DNA of 60,523 nucleotides from a virus (Duplodnaviria > Caudoviricetes): positions 1-60,523 of the IMG/VR virus record IMGVR_UViG_3300020171_000030. One strand, 5' to 3'. The notes beneath the pieces are model-generated. The model made no database searches, was not told the DNA's origin, and was given only the letters and a program-made list of their open reading frames with translations. Shown in pieces: positions 39,876 through 49,136 of the stretch (position 1 is the first letter of the stretch; the number at the start of each line of letters is the position of its first letter). The position numbers and the translations under genes are program-made.

Positions 39876-40544
39876 ATGATAATAGAAGAAATAGAAATAT
39901 TAGAATACAATAAGGATGTAATGGAATTTAAGGGAGTTGATTTTAAGAATATGCCGATAGACCAATGGCTTTATTTTGCTAAGGCTAATTTGACTTACGG
40001 CGAACCGGGGATAGATTATTACGAACTTGCTGCATTACATCAAGCTTGTGAGACTTTAGGAAAGCGGCCTTTAACAATATTAGAAACCGGTATGTGTTAT
40101 GGAACTACCACCAGATATTTTTTAGTAAGGACTATAAAGTATGGCGGAGAGTTGCATACATTTGAAGTTGCTATCCGCGGTAAATTTAAAGAGACTATGC
40201 AGGAGTTAGGACTCTGGGATAAGATAAACTTGCACGGACATTCCATAAAAGATGCTTGGAACAAAGATATAGATGTTCTTTTTATAGACTCCGAGCATGC
40301 TCTTTCTGATGCATTAGGTGAATATATGCGGTTCAGAGAATGGCTTAAAGAAAATTCAATTATAGGATTCCATGATACAAGTTGTTGCGCTGGTGTTAAA
40401 AAAGCTCTTGAGATGATACAAGAAGTTGATGAGTTGGAATTAATAAGTGAAGTAGATAATAAAGCTAGTGCAGGAATAAAATTGTTTAGAAGAAAAGCAA
40501 AAAACAGAACTGATAGATCTTGGAATATGAATAAGAGAATATAA
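39876..40544 (+). CDS. Class I SAM methyltransferase (Methyltransf_24-like)
   Basis: ILETG..YG.TT, IDVLFIDSEH, IIGFHDT. Confidence 0.85.
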   Translation: MIIEEIEILEYNKDVMEFKGVDFKNMPIDQWLYFAKANLTYGEPGIDYYELAALHQACETLGKRPLTILETGMCYGTTTRYFLVRTIKYGGELHTFEVAIRGKFKETMQELGLWDKINLHGHSIKDAWNKDIDVLFIDSEHALSDALGEYMRFREWLKENSIIGFHDTSCCAGVKKALEMIQEVDELELISEVDNKASAGIKLFRRKAKNRTDRSWNMNKRI

Positions 40545-40546
40545 TT

Positions 40547-41593
40547 ATGAGTATGATAAGAGAAGGTAATATTAAGGTCAAAAAATTTTCTAAGGATGAC
40601 CCTGCGCTTACGTGTCATCATAAACTTTTAGAAAACGGACTTCCTGTAGCAGAGATTATAGAAGAGATAAAGGAAGAAGGATTTATAATTAAAAAAAGCG
40701 CTTGGGTGGAAGGTACGACTTTTGCGAAAATAGAACCTACAGCAATAGATTGGGAGCGATTTGGAGTATTTTTCGCTGATATGAACAATTTAGGAATAAC
40801 AGCGTATGATTTAGTATACCGGAATATATTGCGCCGTTTAGACGGACGAGTTATTGTGTGCGACTTAGCGAAATTATATCCTTCAGATTTTCCAGAAGAG
40901 CCTATTGTAAAAGATCTATTGAATAGTATATATTTGCTGGAAGAATATAAACAGGCCTTTCTAAAAGGATATCTTACAAAAAGGTTTATAAGTAAAGAAA
41001 GTCTTTTGGAAAAAGAATGCCTGTTTAACTACGACGGTTATCAAGATCTTTATTGTAATGATGAGTTAATTCGTAAAGGTATCAGGTCAAATAAAAGGCT
41101 TTCTATGATTAAAGATGATTTTAAAGATAAAAATGTTTTAGATCTTGGATGTTCTATGGGAATGTTCTGTCGAGAGGCAAAAAGAAAAAGAGCCTTTAAA
41201 GTATTGGGAGTAGATAATATAGTCCGGGGAAAAATCAGACATCTAATTGATCTTCCGGCTTATATTTCATATCTGGAAGGACTTGCTATCCAGTATCAAT
41301 GTGAGGATATAGAGCATATTAACCTCAAAAATAGAGTTATAGATACTAAATGGGACATAATTTTCTTTTGTGCGATGTTAGGGCATCTCAAAGAAGACCG
41401 CGAAGCTTATGTGAAATGGCTTAAAAGCATAACAAAGATAATATATTTTGAGTCTAATCTTGGAGGCACAGAAGAAAGGATGATGCCTTTTATAGATAGA
41501 ATAGAATTCTCTAAAGTTGAATGTTTAGGAGAGAGCGGAGATCCTGACAGGTATCCAGATAATCATTATATAATGTGGAGGTGTGAATGTTAG
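40547..41593 (+). CDS. Kinase-like domain + SAM methyltransferase fusion
   Basis: YDLVYRNIL...VIVCDLA (HxDxxxxN/DFG-like), AFLKGY; VLDLGCSMG.F, WDIIFF.A, IYFES. Confidence 0.65.
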   Translation: MSMIREGNIKVKKFSKDDPALTCHHKLLENGLPVAEIIEEIKEEGFIIKKSAWVEGTTFAKIEPTAIDWERFGVFFADMNNLGITAYDLVYRNILRRLDGRVIVCDLAKLYPSDFPEEPIVKDLLNSIYLLEEYKQAFLKGYLTKRFISKESLLEKECLFNYDGYQDLYCNDELIRKGIRSNKRLSMIKDDFKDKNVLDLGCSMGMFCREAKRKRAFKVLGVDNIVRGKIRHLIDLPAYISYLEGLAIQYQCEDIEHINLKNRVIDTKWDIIFFCAMLGHLKEDREAYVKWLKSITKIIYFESNLGGTEERMMPFIDRIEFSKVECLGESGDPDRYPDNHYIMWRCEC

Positions 41594-42279
41594 ACGATTA
41601 TAAAAACCCAAGTTTTTTTGCACCAGATTTTGATTATTTCAAAACATACCCTGCGCCGATGTTTGAGGCAGTGTTTAATCAGCATATAGGTCCTTGCAAT
41701 TCGACAACGCCTTATTTTGGGCCTCTGCTTTATTGGCTTTGTAGATGTGTGAATGCTTTAAATGTCATGGAAATAGGTTTAGCTCAAGGTTGGTCTAGTT
41801 TCTTTATGGCAAGCGCGGTTAAAGACGCAGGCGTCAGAAATGGCGTAGAGGGAACTTATTACGGAGTGGATATCGCTGATAAAAAAGAATTATTTGATGA
41901 AATGAATGCAAGGGGCGTAAATGCTAAGTTTATTCATAGTGATTCATTAAAATGGCTTGAAACTCAGACTGAAATAGAAAAGAATAAATTAGAATTAGTC
42001 TTTATCGATGGGTGGCATGAAACAGAACATGTCAAAAGAGAAGTAGAATTGATTTATCCACTTTTAAAAGATAAAGGAGACGGATATCTTATATTACACG
42101 ACGTTTCAGCTTGGTGTGAGGAAGTTTATCCAATTATATTGAATGACCCAAAATATAAATGGGAGTCAATTAGGTTTTTAATGAATTATGGGTTAGCAAT
42201 TATGCGGAAAATGGAAAATTTTCCTTATGATAAAATTTTCTGGCCTGATGGTTGTCAACATGAGCAAGGCGTTTTATAA
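41587..42279 (+). CDS. Class I SAM methyltransferase (Methyltransf_24-like)
   Basis: VMEIG...GWSS, LVFIDGWH, YLILHD. Confidence 0.85.
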   Translation: MLDDYKNPSFFAPDFDYFKTYPAPMFEAVFNQHIGPCNSTTPYFGPLLYWLCRCVNALNVMEIGLAQGWSSFFMASAVKDAGVRNGVEGTYYGVDIADKKELFDEMNARGVNAKFIHSDSLKWLETQTEIEKNKLELVFIDGWHETEHVKREVELIYPLLKDKGDGYLILHDVSAWCEEVYPIILNDPKYKWESIRFLMNYGLAIMRKMENFPYDKIFWPDGCQHEQGVL

Positions 42280-42293
42280 GATGGGGAATATTT

Positions 42294-43301
42294 ATGAGTA
42301 ATTATACATTCATTGTTTGTGCTGATATCCGCTATCTTCCTGAATGGGTTGCTTTAGCCAATTCGCTTGATTATGTTGGGAACAAAGAAGATATGCACTT
42401 CTACGGATATAAAATTCCGCAATCTGTAATTGAACAGTTTTCTAAATTAAATTATTCAATTATTTTTCATAGTATCACAGATGAAGAAATTTCAGCAAAT
42501 CATGGTTTAAGTGAAGTTGTCTGCCGAAAGCGATATTATTTCGCTAATGAAATAGGACAAGATTATAAGGCAGTATGTATTTTAGATGCAGATATGATAT
42601 TTGTTAGAGATCCTAAACTATATTTCGAAATTGCAGAAAAAACTGGGTTTGTATTAGGAGTCGTAAAGGAACAAAAAGAATCTTATAAAGACCCTCATCA
42701 CAAATTTAAAAATGAATGGATAATGCCTGAAGGTTTTATACCTGAATTTGATTTATGTAACTGTCCATTATTTGTAGATATGAAGATATGGGGAGAAGCA
42801 TTAAAAAGAAGTTATGAGATATTTATTGACGGTTTTGATGAGATGAAAGGTGATAATTTCAAAGGACCTGATATGTCAGCAATGAATTTAATGCTTGCAA
42901 AATATGGTTCTGAAGGTAAAACTATATCATTGCCTAATGTTCAATGGCTTTCTACAAACGAACAGGCTCTTAAATTATATCAAAGAGCTGTAACTGATTA
43001 TGGAAAAATAAAAACTGAAACAGGAACACCAATATATAGTTACCACGGGCAATATTTTCATCCTCGCTGGAGAAATGTACAGTTAATGAATAGAGATCAT
43101 TGTGCTAAAGGATATTTTAAAGCAAGTGGAGATTCTCTTGAATGTTCAAATAATATTGCACGAGGAGCTATGGAATTACTTTATGAAAGATTTAAAAAAA
43201 TGTTAGATTGGAAAATTATTATAGAAAAGAAAAATTATAGGCATCCTGAAAAGAACAGTGGATTTTTAGATATTGTTTCTGATGAGGATTTTTTAAAATG
43301 A
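42294..43301 (+). CDS. GT-A fold (GT8-like) glycosyltransferase
   Basis: D..YLP....L.NSL, ILDADMIF (DxD), DM.AMN. Confidence 0.7.
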   Translation: MSNYTFIVCADIRYLPEWVALANSLDYVGNKEDMHFYGYKIPQSVIEQFSKLNYSIIFHSITDEEISANHGLSEVVCRKRYYFANEIGQDYKAVCILDADMIFVRDPKLYFEIAEKTGFVLGVVKEQKESYKDPHHKFKNEWIMPEGFIPEFDLCNCPLFVDMKIWGEALKRSYEIFIDGFDEMKGDNFKGPDMSAMNLMLAKYGSEGKTISLPNVQWLSTNEQALKLYQRAVTDYGKIKTETGTPIYSYHGQYFHPRWRNVQLMNRDHCAKGYFKASGDSLECSNNIARGAMELLYERFKKMLDWKIIIEKKNYRHPEKNSGFLDIVSDEDFLK

Positions 43302-43819
43302 TTTATTTTTTCTCTAATTTTCCCTCTACATTTTATAGAACATGTATTATGTTTACAATGCCTTTGGCGAGATGGACAAAGTTTAAATATTTTTCCACAT
43401 ATAAAACACCTAGTTTTATTAGGATGATGATTAGCAAAAGGATTATGAATTTGACTATGTATTTTTTTAGTGATAAGTTTCAGATTTTCTATTCTATTGT
43501 CATCTTTTATCCCATTTATATGATGAACCAATTCTTTAGAAGTAAGATACTTTCCAATATGTTTCTCCATAATAATGCGGTGTTCCATAACATAACCGCG
43601 TATTTGTGCGAAAGGATGCTCAGGTTTATAAACAACAACATACCCAGTGGTAACTTTATGCCTACCACCTTTCCATTTAGGATTATTTTCTCCAAGCAAA
43701 TATTTATGTCTATCTTTCCAATGGCAGAATTGAGAACAATAATGTCGTTTATTTCTTTTAATTCTATACAGTTTCCTAAAAAGAATTTTTTTACAAGTAA
43801 AACATTTAATTTTAATCAT
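43235..43819 (-). CDS. HNH homing endonuclease inserted antisense in the cluster
   Basis: GENNPKWKGG, GYVMEHR.IME..IG..L...E.VHHINGIKDDNRIENL. Confidence 0.9.
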   Translation of the reverse strand: MIKIKCFTCKKILFRKLYRIKRNKRHYCSQFCHWKDRHKYLLGENNPKWKGGRHKVTTGYVVVYKPEHPFAQIRGYVMEHRIIMEKHIGKYLTSKELVHHINGIKDDNRIENLKLITKKIHSQIHNPFANHHPNKTRCFICGKIFKLCPSRQRHCKHNTCSIKCRGKIREKINHFKKSSSETISKNPLFFSGCL

Positions 43820-43825
43820 ATATCT

Positions 43826-43854
43826 ATTTTATAGTGGAACGAATGAACTGTCAA
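43826..43854 (-). promoter_or_regulatory. Sigma70-type promoter, leaderless HNH mRNA
   Basis: TTGACA-17bp-TAAAAT, ATG 6 nt downstream, no SD. Confidence 0.7.
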
Positions 43855-43876
43855 GATAAATTTTAAAGGAGAAATA

Positions 43877-44713
43877 ATGCTACGTCTTAAGCGTATCTGG
43901 GAAGGCGACCAACCTAAATTGTCGCATTATTTGGATATACTGAAAAAAGGTAAAGTCGGACTTTGTTTTGGTCATGGGCTTGGAGATACTGTAATGTTTT
44001 TGAATGTTTTTGATAAATTGGCTTCATTATATCCTGATATTCAATTTGATTTAATACTCCAGAGAAATTTGGGTTTTGAGGAGTTAGTAGATGATATTGT
44101 AGGAAAAAATAAAGCAGTAGTTTATACGCATGATTTATCCTATAATCAAGAAACTTCTGAATATGATATTATAGCGGATATAGATTTTCCAATGTCAGAA
44201 AACCAAACTGAAATTACTAAAGCGGAAAAATGTTGCAGGGATGAGTTGGGGATTGAGTTAATATCAGGGCATAAAAAGATTACCTGTGGAGTTAATAAAC
44301 TTGTAGGATTACATCTACAAATAACCTGTTTGCCTGATAGCGCTAATGTGCCTTATGACATAGCAAAAAAGATATGGCAGGAAATTAAAGATGCAGGATA
44401 TATTCCTTTAGAAATTTTAATGGAACATGTTTTCCACAATCCAGTAAATAAGAAATACGATTTTATTGACCGACATTTAAGAGATATACCACCAAAAATT
44501 TCTACTTTAATAGGTATTATAGAAGATTGTAATAAAATCATTTGTTGTGTTAGCGGAGTTTTTCATACAGCATTGAGTATATTATCGCCTGAAAGAATAT
44601 GTTTATTAGAGAAAGATTTTTTAGCACCATCTTTTACTAAGTTATCCATTAAGAGAATTAATATCAAAGAATATCAAGACGGTTCTATAAAAGACTGGCT
44701 TCAAATTTTATAA
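43877..44713 (+). CDS. GT9-like (GT-B) glycosyltransferase
   Basis: HGLGDTVMF..V...L..LYPD N-terminal motif; ICCVSG.FH.ALS. Confidence 0.7.
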   Translation: MLRLKRIWEGDQPKLSHYLDILKKGKVGLCFGHGLGDTVMFLNVFDKLASLYPDIQFDLILQRNLGFEELVDDIVGKNKAVVYTHDLSYNQETSEYDIIADIDFPMSENQTEITKAEKCCRDELGIELISGHKKITCGVNKLVGLHLQITCLPDSANVPYDIAKKIWQEIKDAGYIPLEILMEHVFHNPVNKKYDFIDRHLRDIPPKISTLIGIIEDCNKIICCVSGVFHTALSILSPERICLLEKDFLAPSFTKLSIKRINIKEYQDGSIKDWLQIL

Positions 44714-44739
44714 ATTAAGGTTTCTATTAACCAAAAAAT

Positions 44740-44775
44740 AGCCAAAATTATTGTAAAAATGATTTTGGCTTTTTT
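44740..44775 (+). terminator. Hairpin/terminator between enzyme cluster and structural genes
   Basis: AGCCAAAATTATT...AATGATTTTGGCT-TTTTT. Confidence 0.55.
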
Positions 44776-44790
44776 AATTAGGAGGTAAAT

Positions 44791-45573
44791 ATGCCTAAAG
44801 AACTTGATTATATGGAATACTCCACTGACGCCCTTGCACAGGCGGCGTATGTAACGAATGCCACTGAAGCAATTATCTCCAACGCTGATATAGACAATGA
44901 AGATATGGCTGATATTACTGACTGGACTGATAGCGATAGCGGAACTGGAGTATCTACCCAAGAAACCTTTGATGGCAAGTCTTGTATGAAATTATTAAGT
45001 GGCGGAACGGCTGGTGGAGTAGCAAATAGAAATCAAGATATTGGAGCTTTCGGCACAAGAACAGTATTTTCTTTCAATGCCTATTTTGAAACTCTGGGAG
45101 TAACAGGTGATAATGACTTTTATTTTACAGCAAATAATGGGACTAATTACTTTTACTGTATTTTCGCTTCTGATGGCTTAGTCATTTATGATGGAGCAAC
45201 GTGGAATGAAATAGGAACGAATTTAGTAGTTTCAGATGTTTGGCAAGAATGGACTTTTGATTGTAACTGGACAACACAAAGAGCAGAAGTTTACCTAGAT
45301 GGTGTATTAAAAGCATCAAATGTAGATTTTTCTTATGCTCAACCAACAACTGACGGATTGATAAGGTTTATGCAAAATGGAGCAACCACAGTTAATGGAC
45401 TAACTTATATAGATTGGTTTAAGGCTGGAACTACTACCGCAATAAACCCTAATTTTCAGTATCTCCAATCCTACTCCGAATCCACCATCAAAACTCAAGG
45501 GAGTTATGCGTTGAAGGCGGTGGCGGCGATAACGGATAGTTTGAATAAGACTTTAACAAGGACAATAACATAA
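44791..45573 (+). CDS. Putative virion protein with lectin/LamG-like beta-sandwich
   Basis: Beta-rich, W..W.F......AEVYLDGVL...YIDWF pattern; AGGAGG RBS. Confidence 0.6.
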   Translation: MPKELDYMEYSTDALAQAAYVTNATEAIISNADIDNEDMADITDWTDSDSGTGVSTQETFDGKSCMKLLSGGTAGGVANRNQDIGAFGTRTVFSFNAYFETLGVTGDNDFYFTANNGTNYFYCIFASDGLVIYDGATWNEIGTNLVVSDVWQEWTFDCNWTTQRAEVYLDGVLKASNVDFSYAQPTTDGLIRFMQNGATTVNGLTYIDWFKAGTTTAINPNFQYLQSYSESTIKTQGSYALKAVAAITDSLNKTLTRTIT

Positions 45574-45583
45574 CAATAATCTA

Positions 45584-48232
45584 ATGGCAATAAACTTATC
45601 TGGTCTTAATGTAATCAAATTTGATATTTATGCTTCAAGAACAGGAAGTAATATCAAAATCGGCATCCACGACTCTGGCGGAACGACTACGGAAATTACT
45701 CCCAATATCACTTCTGCTAATACATGGCAAGCAGTTTCTTGGGATATTTCTGCTGTTAGTGATGCTAATAAAGATGCCATTGATAGTATTATTGTAACGA
45801 TAGTCAACGCAGACGCAGCGAATACCTTTTATATTGACAATATGCGTGCTGCGATAGCAGATTTGACAGACCAAAATTGGGTCTATTTTGATATTTATTC
45901 GAGTAGGACAGGTTCAAATGTTAAAGTGGGACTTCACGACGCCGATGGCATAACTACGGAAACAACGCCGAATGTCGTTTCAGCAAATAATTGGCAAGGA
46001 GTTAATTGGGACTTCTCTGGCGTTTCTAATGCCAACAAAGATGAAATAGATCAGGTTATAGTTACAGTAGTCAATGCAGATGCGGCCAATACTTTTTATA
46101 TTGATAATATGTTTGGGACAACTACTAGTTCTAGTTCTTCTAGTAGTTCTAGCTCTTCTAGTAGTTCAAAAAGTTCGAGTAGTTCAAGTTCTTCCAGTAG
46201 TTCATTAAGTTCTAGCAGTTCTAGTTCTTCTAGTTCATCAAGTAGTTCATTCAGTTCGAGCAGTTCTAGTTCTTCTAGTTCTTCAAGTAGCTTTAGTAGT
46301 TCAAGCAGTTCCAGTTCCTCAAGTAGTTCCAATAGTTCTAGCTCTTCAAGTTCATCAAGCAGTTCATTCAGCTCAAGCAGTTCTAGTTCTTCGAGTAGTT
46401 CTTTCAGCTCAAGCAGTTCCAGTTCCTCTAGTTCTTCGAGCAGTTCATTCAGCTCAAGCTCTTCCAGTTCTTCAAGCAGTTCAAGCAGTTCATTCAGCTC
46501 AAGCTCTTCCAGTTCTTCAAGCAGTTCAAGCAGTTCATTCAGCTCAAGCTCTTCCAGTTCTTCAAGCAGTTCAAGCAGTTCAAGCAGTTCATTCAGCTCA
46601 AGCTCTTCCAGTTCTTCAAGCAGTTCAAGCAGTTCAGAAAGCTCGAGCAGTTCAAGTTCTTCAAGTTCTTCAAGCAGTTCAGAAAGCTCAAGCAGTTCCA
46701 GTTCTTCAAGTTCTTCAAGCAGTTCAGAAAGCTCGAGCAGTTCAAGTTCTTCAAGCAGTTCAGAAAGTTCGAGCAGTTCAAGTTCTTCAAGTTCTTCAAG
46801 TTCTTCATTCAGCTCGAGCAGTTCAAGTTCTTCAAGTTCTTCATTCAGCTCGAGCAGTTCTAGTTCTTCAAGTTCTTCAAGCAGTTCAGAAAGCTCAAGC
46901 AGTTCCAGTTCTTCAAGTTCTTCAAGCAGTTCAGAAAGCTCGAGCAGTTCAAGTTCTTCAAGTTCTTCATTCAGCTCAAGCAGTTCCAGTTCTTCAAGTT
47001 CTTCAAGCAGTTCAGAAAGCTCGAGCAGTTCAAGTTCTTCAAGCAGTTCTTTCAGCTCGAGCAGTTCTAGTTCTTCCAGTTCTTCAAGCAGTTCTTTCAG
47101 CTCGAGCAGTTCTAGTTCTTCTAGTTCATCAAGCAGTTCATTAAGCTCAAGCAGTTCTAGTTCTTCAAGCAGTTCATTCAGTTCAAGCAGTTCCAGTTCC
47201 TCTAGTTCTTCGAGCAGTTCGTTCAGTTCAAGCAGTTCTAGTTCTTCAAGCAGTTCATTTAGCTCAAGCAGTTCCAGTTCCTCTAGTTCTTCGAGCAGTT
47301 CGTTCAGTTCAAGCAGTTCCAGTTCCTCTAGTTCTTCAAGCAGTTCATTTAGCTCAAGCAGTTCTAGTTCTTCCAGTTCTTCAAGCAGTTCATTCAGCTC
47401 AAGCAGTTCTAGTTCTTCCATCTCTTCAAGCAGTTCATTCAGCTCAAGCAGTTCTAGTTCTTCAAGTTCTTCTAGCAGTTCATTCAGCTCAAGCAGTTCT
47501 AGTTCTTCCAGTTCTTCAAGCAGTTCATTCAGCTCAAGCAGTTCTAGTTCTTCCAGTTCATCAAGCAGTTCATTCAGTTCAAGCAGTTCCAGTTCTTCTA
47601 GTTCTTCTAGTTCTTCTAGCAGTTCATTCAGTTCAAGCTCTTCCAGTTCTTCTAGTTCTTCTAGCAGTTCATTCAGTTCAAGCTCTTCCAGTTCTTCTAG
47701 TTCTTCTAGTTCTTCTAGCAGTTCATTCAGTTCAAGCTCTTCCAGTTCTTCTAGTTCTTCAAGCAGTTCATTCAGTTCAAGCAGTTCCAGTTCTTCAAGT
47801 AGCTCAAGCAGTTCATTCAGCTCAAGCAGTTCCAGTTCTTCAAGCAGTTCAAGCAGTTCATTCAGCTCGAGCAGTTCCAGTTCTTCAAGTAGCTCAAGCA
47901 GTTCATTCAGCTCAAGCAGTTCCAGTTCTTCAAGTAGCTCAAGCAGTTCATTCAGCTCAAGCAGTTCCAGTTCTTCAAGCAGTTCAAGCAGTTCATTCAG
48001 TTCAAGCAGTTCTAGCTCTTCCAGTTCTTCAAGTAGCTCTAGTTCTTCTAGTTCTTCAAGCAGTTCTAGTTCTTCAAGCAGTTCTAGTTCTTCAAGCAGT
48101 TCTAGTTCAGCTTCATCATTACCTCATAAAGTTGAATTTAAGGATAAAACATATAATTATAAATTCAATAATGATACTAGTGATTATAAGTTTAAAGATG
48201 ATACGAGTGATTATAAATTCAAAGAACAGTAA
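45584..48232 (+). CDS. Giant serine-rich protein: two CBM-like repeats + ~664-aa poly-Ser tract + short basic C-terminal repeats
   Basis: Duplicated FDIY.SRTGSN.K.G.HD..G.TTE.TPN..SAN.WQ.V.WD.S.VS.ANKD.ID..IVT.VNADAANTFYIDNM; Ser tract 46127-48118; C-terminus DTSDYKF twice. Confidence 0.8.
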   Translation: MAINLSGLNVIKFDIYASRTGSNIKIGIHDSGGTTTEITPNITSANTWQAVSWDISAVSDANKDAIDSIIVTIVNADAANTFYIDNMRAAIADLTDQNWVYFDIYSSRTGSNVKVGLHDADGITTETTPNVVSANNWQGVNWDFSGVSNANKDEIDQVIVTVVNADAANTFYIDNMFGTTTSSSSSSSSSSSSSSKSSSSSSSSSSSLSSSSSSSSSSSSSSFSSSSSSSSSSSSSFSSSSSSSSSSSSNSSSSSSSSSSSFSSSSSSSSSSSFSSSSSSSSSSSSSSFSSSSSSSSSSSSSSFSSSSSSSSSSSSSSFSSSSSSSSSSSSSSSSSFSSSSSSSSSSSSSSESSSSSSSSSSSSSSESSSSSSSSSSSSSSESSSSSSSSSSSESSSSSSSSSSSSSSFSSSSSSSSSSSFSSSSSSSSSSSSSSESSSSSSSSSSSSSSESSSSSSSSSSSFSSSSSSSSSSSSSSESSSSSSSSSSSFSSSSSSSSSSSSSSFSSSSSSSSSSSSSSLSSSSSSSSSSSFSSSSSSSSSSSSSSFSSSSSSSSSSSFSSSSSSSSSSSSSSFSSSSSSSSSSSSSSFSSSSSSSSSSSSSSFSSSSSSSSISSSSSFSSSSSSSSSSSSSSFSSSSSSSSSSSSSSFSSSSSSSSSSSSSSFSSSSSSSSSSSSSSSSSFSSSSSSSSSSSSSSFSSSSSSSSSSSSSSSSSFSSSSSSSSSSSSSSFSSSSSSSSSSSSSSFSSSSSSSSSSSSSSFSSSSSSSSSSSSSSFSSSSSSSSSSSSSSFSSSSSSSSSSSSSSFSSSSSSSSSSSSSSSSSSSSSSSSSSSSSSSSSSSSSASSLPHKVEFKDKTYNYKFNNDTSDYKFKDDTSDYKFKEQ

Positions 48233-48246
48233 GGAGGTGTTTAACG

Positions 48247-48552
48247 ATGCCAAACATAAAGCACGAATACTATGTTGCTGATGATGTAACTTTTAGAGGC
48301 TCATTTGAAATTGATGGCGTGGCGCAAACGCCAGATAGCGGATCTGCTAAAGTGCAGATATGGAAAGTCGGTTCTACTACGGCGGTATTGGCTGAGACTG
48401 CCGCGACAATATCAACGACACAAATAAGATATAAATATACGCCTTTAGTTATAGGCACATTTACATTATTCTTTTATGCTACATTTAATAACGGCGCGGA
48501 TAAAAGGACAGGAGTGATTGAATTTCTGGTTAAAAAGAAAGAGGCGCATTGA
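48247..48552 (+). CDS. Small beta-sandwich structural protein (hypothetical)
   Basis: AGGAGGTG RBS; Ig-like strand pattern. Confidence 0.5.
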   Translation: MPNIKHEYYVADDVTFRGSFEIDGVAQTPDSGSAKVQIWKVGSTTAVLAETAATISTTQIRYKYTPLVIGTFTLFFYATFNNGADKRTGVIEFLVKKKEAH

Positions 48553-49136
48553 TGAATGAAAACTCGTTAGCAAATTTAAGAGTTCCAAAACCTAGAAAAG
48601 AAGGGTATGGATATCGGTATGCATTACCGCAGGAAAAGATTGATGAACTGTTCACCTATTTAGCTGAAGGTATTTCTTTAAAACAATCCGCGAAAAAAGC
48701 GAAAATGTGTTTTGAGACAGCAAGAAAGTATTTCCGTAGAGGAGATGAGAAACGAGGGATTAAACCGCTGCAATGGCGTTTAACTATATTCCAAGATAAA
48801 ATATCTGAAAAATATAATGTGCTTCTAGTTGAACGTCGGGCTGAAATGGTTGATATTCTCCGGACAAGTATAAACAATTTAAAACAGAAGTTAGAAGAAA
48901 AAGTATGTAAGTTTTGCGAAGGAACAGGGATACAGACTGGGAAAGATGAAATGAAAATTCCTTGTCCTGTTTGTGAAGGTGAAGGAAAAATCGGGGGGTC
49001 GTTAATGGATAAATCTACATTAAGAGATTTAGACCGGTTGATACGTCTTGAAGTATTTCTTCTTGGCGGAGTTACACAGCAAGAAAAAGAAAGAAAAATG
49101 TTAAGCGCAGAGGAGATTAGTGGAGAACAACGTTGA
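48549..49136 (+). CDS. Terminase small subunit (putative) with CxxCxGxG zinc finger
   Basis: NSLANL N-terminus, HTH, CKFCEGTG...CPVCEGEG; directly upstream of TerL. Confidence 0.65.
   Translation: MMNENSLANLRVPKPRKEGYGYRYALPQEKIDELFTYLAEGISLKQSAKKAKMCFETARKYFRRGDEKRGIKPLQWRLTIFQDKISEKYNVLLVERRAEMVDILRTSINNLKQKLEEKVCKFCEGTGIQTGKDEMKIPCPVCEGEGKIGGSLMDKSTLRDLDRLIRLEVFLLGGVTQQEKERKMLSAEEISGEQR

Noticed and set aside
43298-43834. 178-aa plus-strand hydrophobic ORF
   Set aside because: Antisense shadow of the Lys-rich HNH gene; the same applies to 18652-18974
36057-44713. Cluster interpreted as a captured host LPS/O-antigen locus or seroconversion cassette
   Set aside because: No flippase, polymerase, membrane GT or sugar-synthesis genes, the proteins look soluble, and the cluster is embedded in the late arm; disfavoured but not formally excluded
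46096-47421. 441-aa antisense Glu/Leu-repeat ORF (also 46593-46808 and 57866-58315)
   Set aside because: Shadow frames of the poly-Ser codons; no RBS or unique domain, and opposite to operon direction
46127-48118. Possible CRISPR array or DGR template/variable repeats
   Set aside because: No constant repeat with unique spacers, no cas or reverse transcriptase gene; the repeats are in-frame Ser codons
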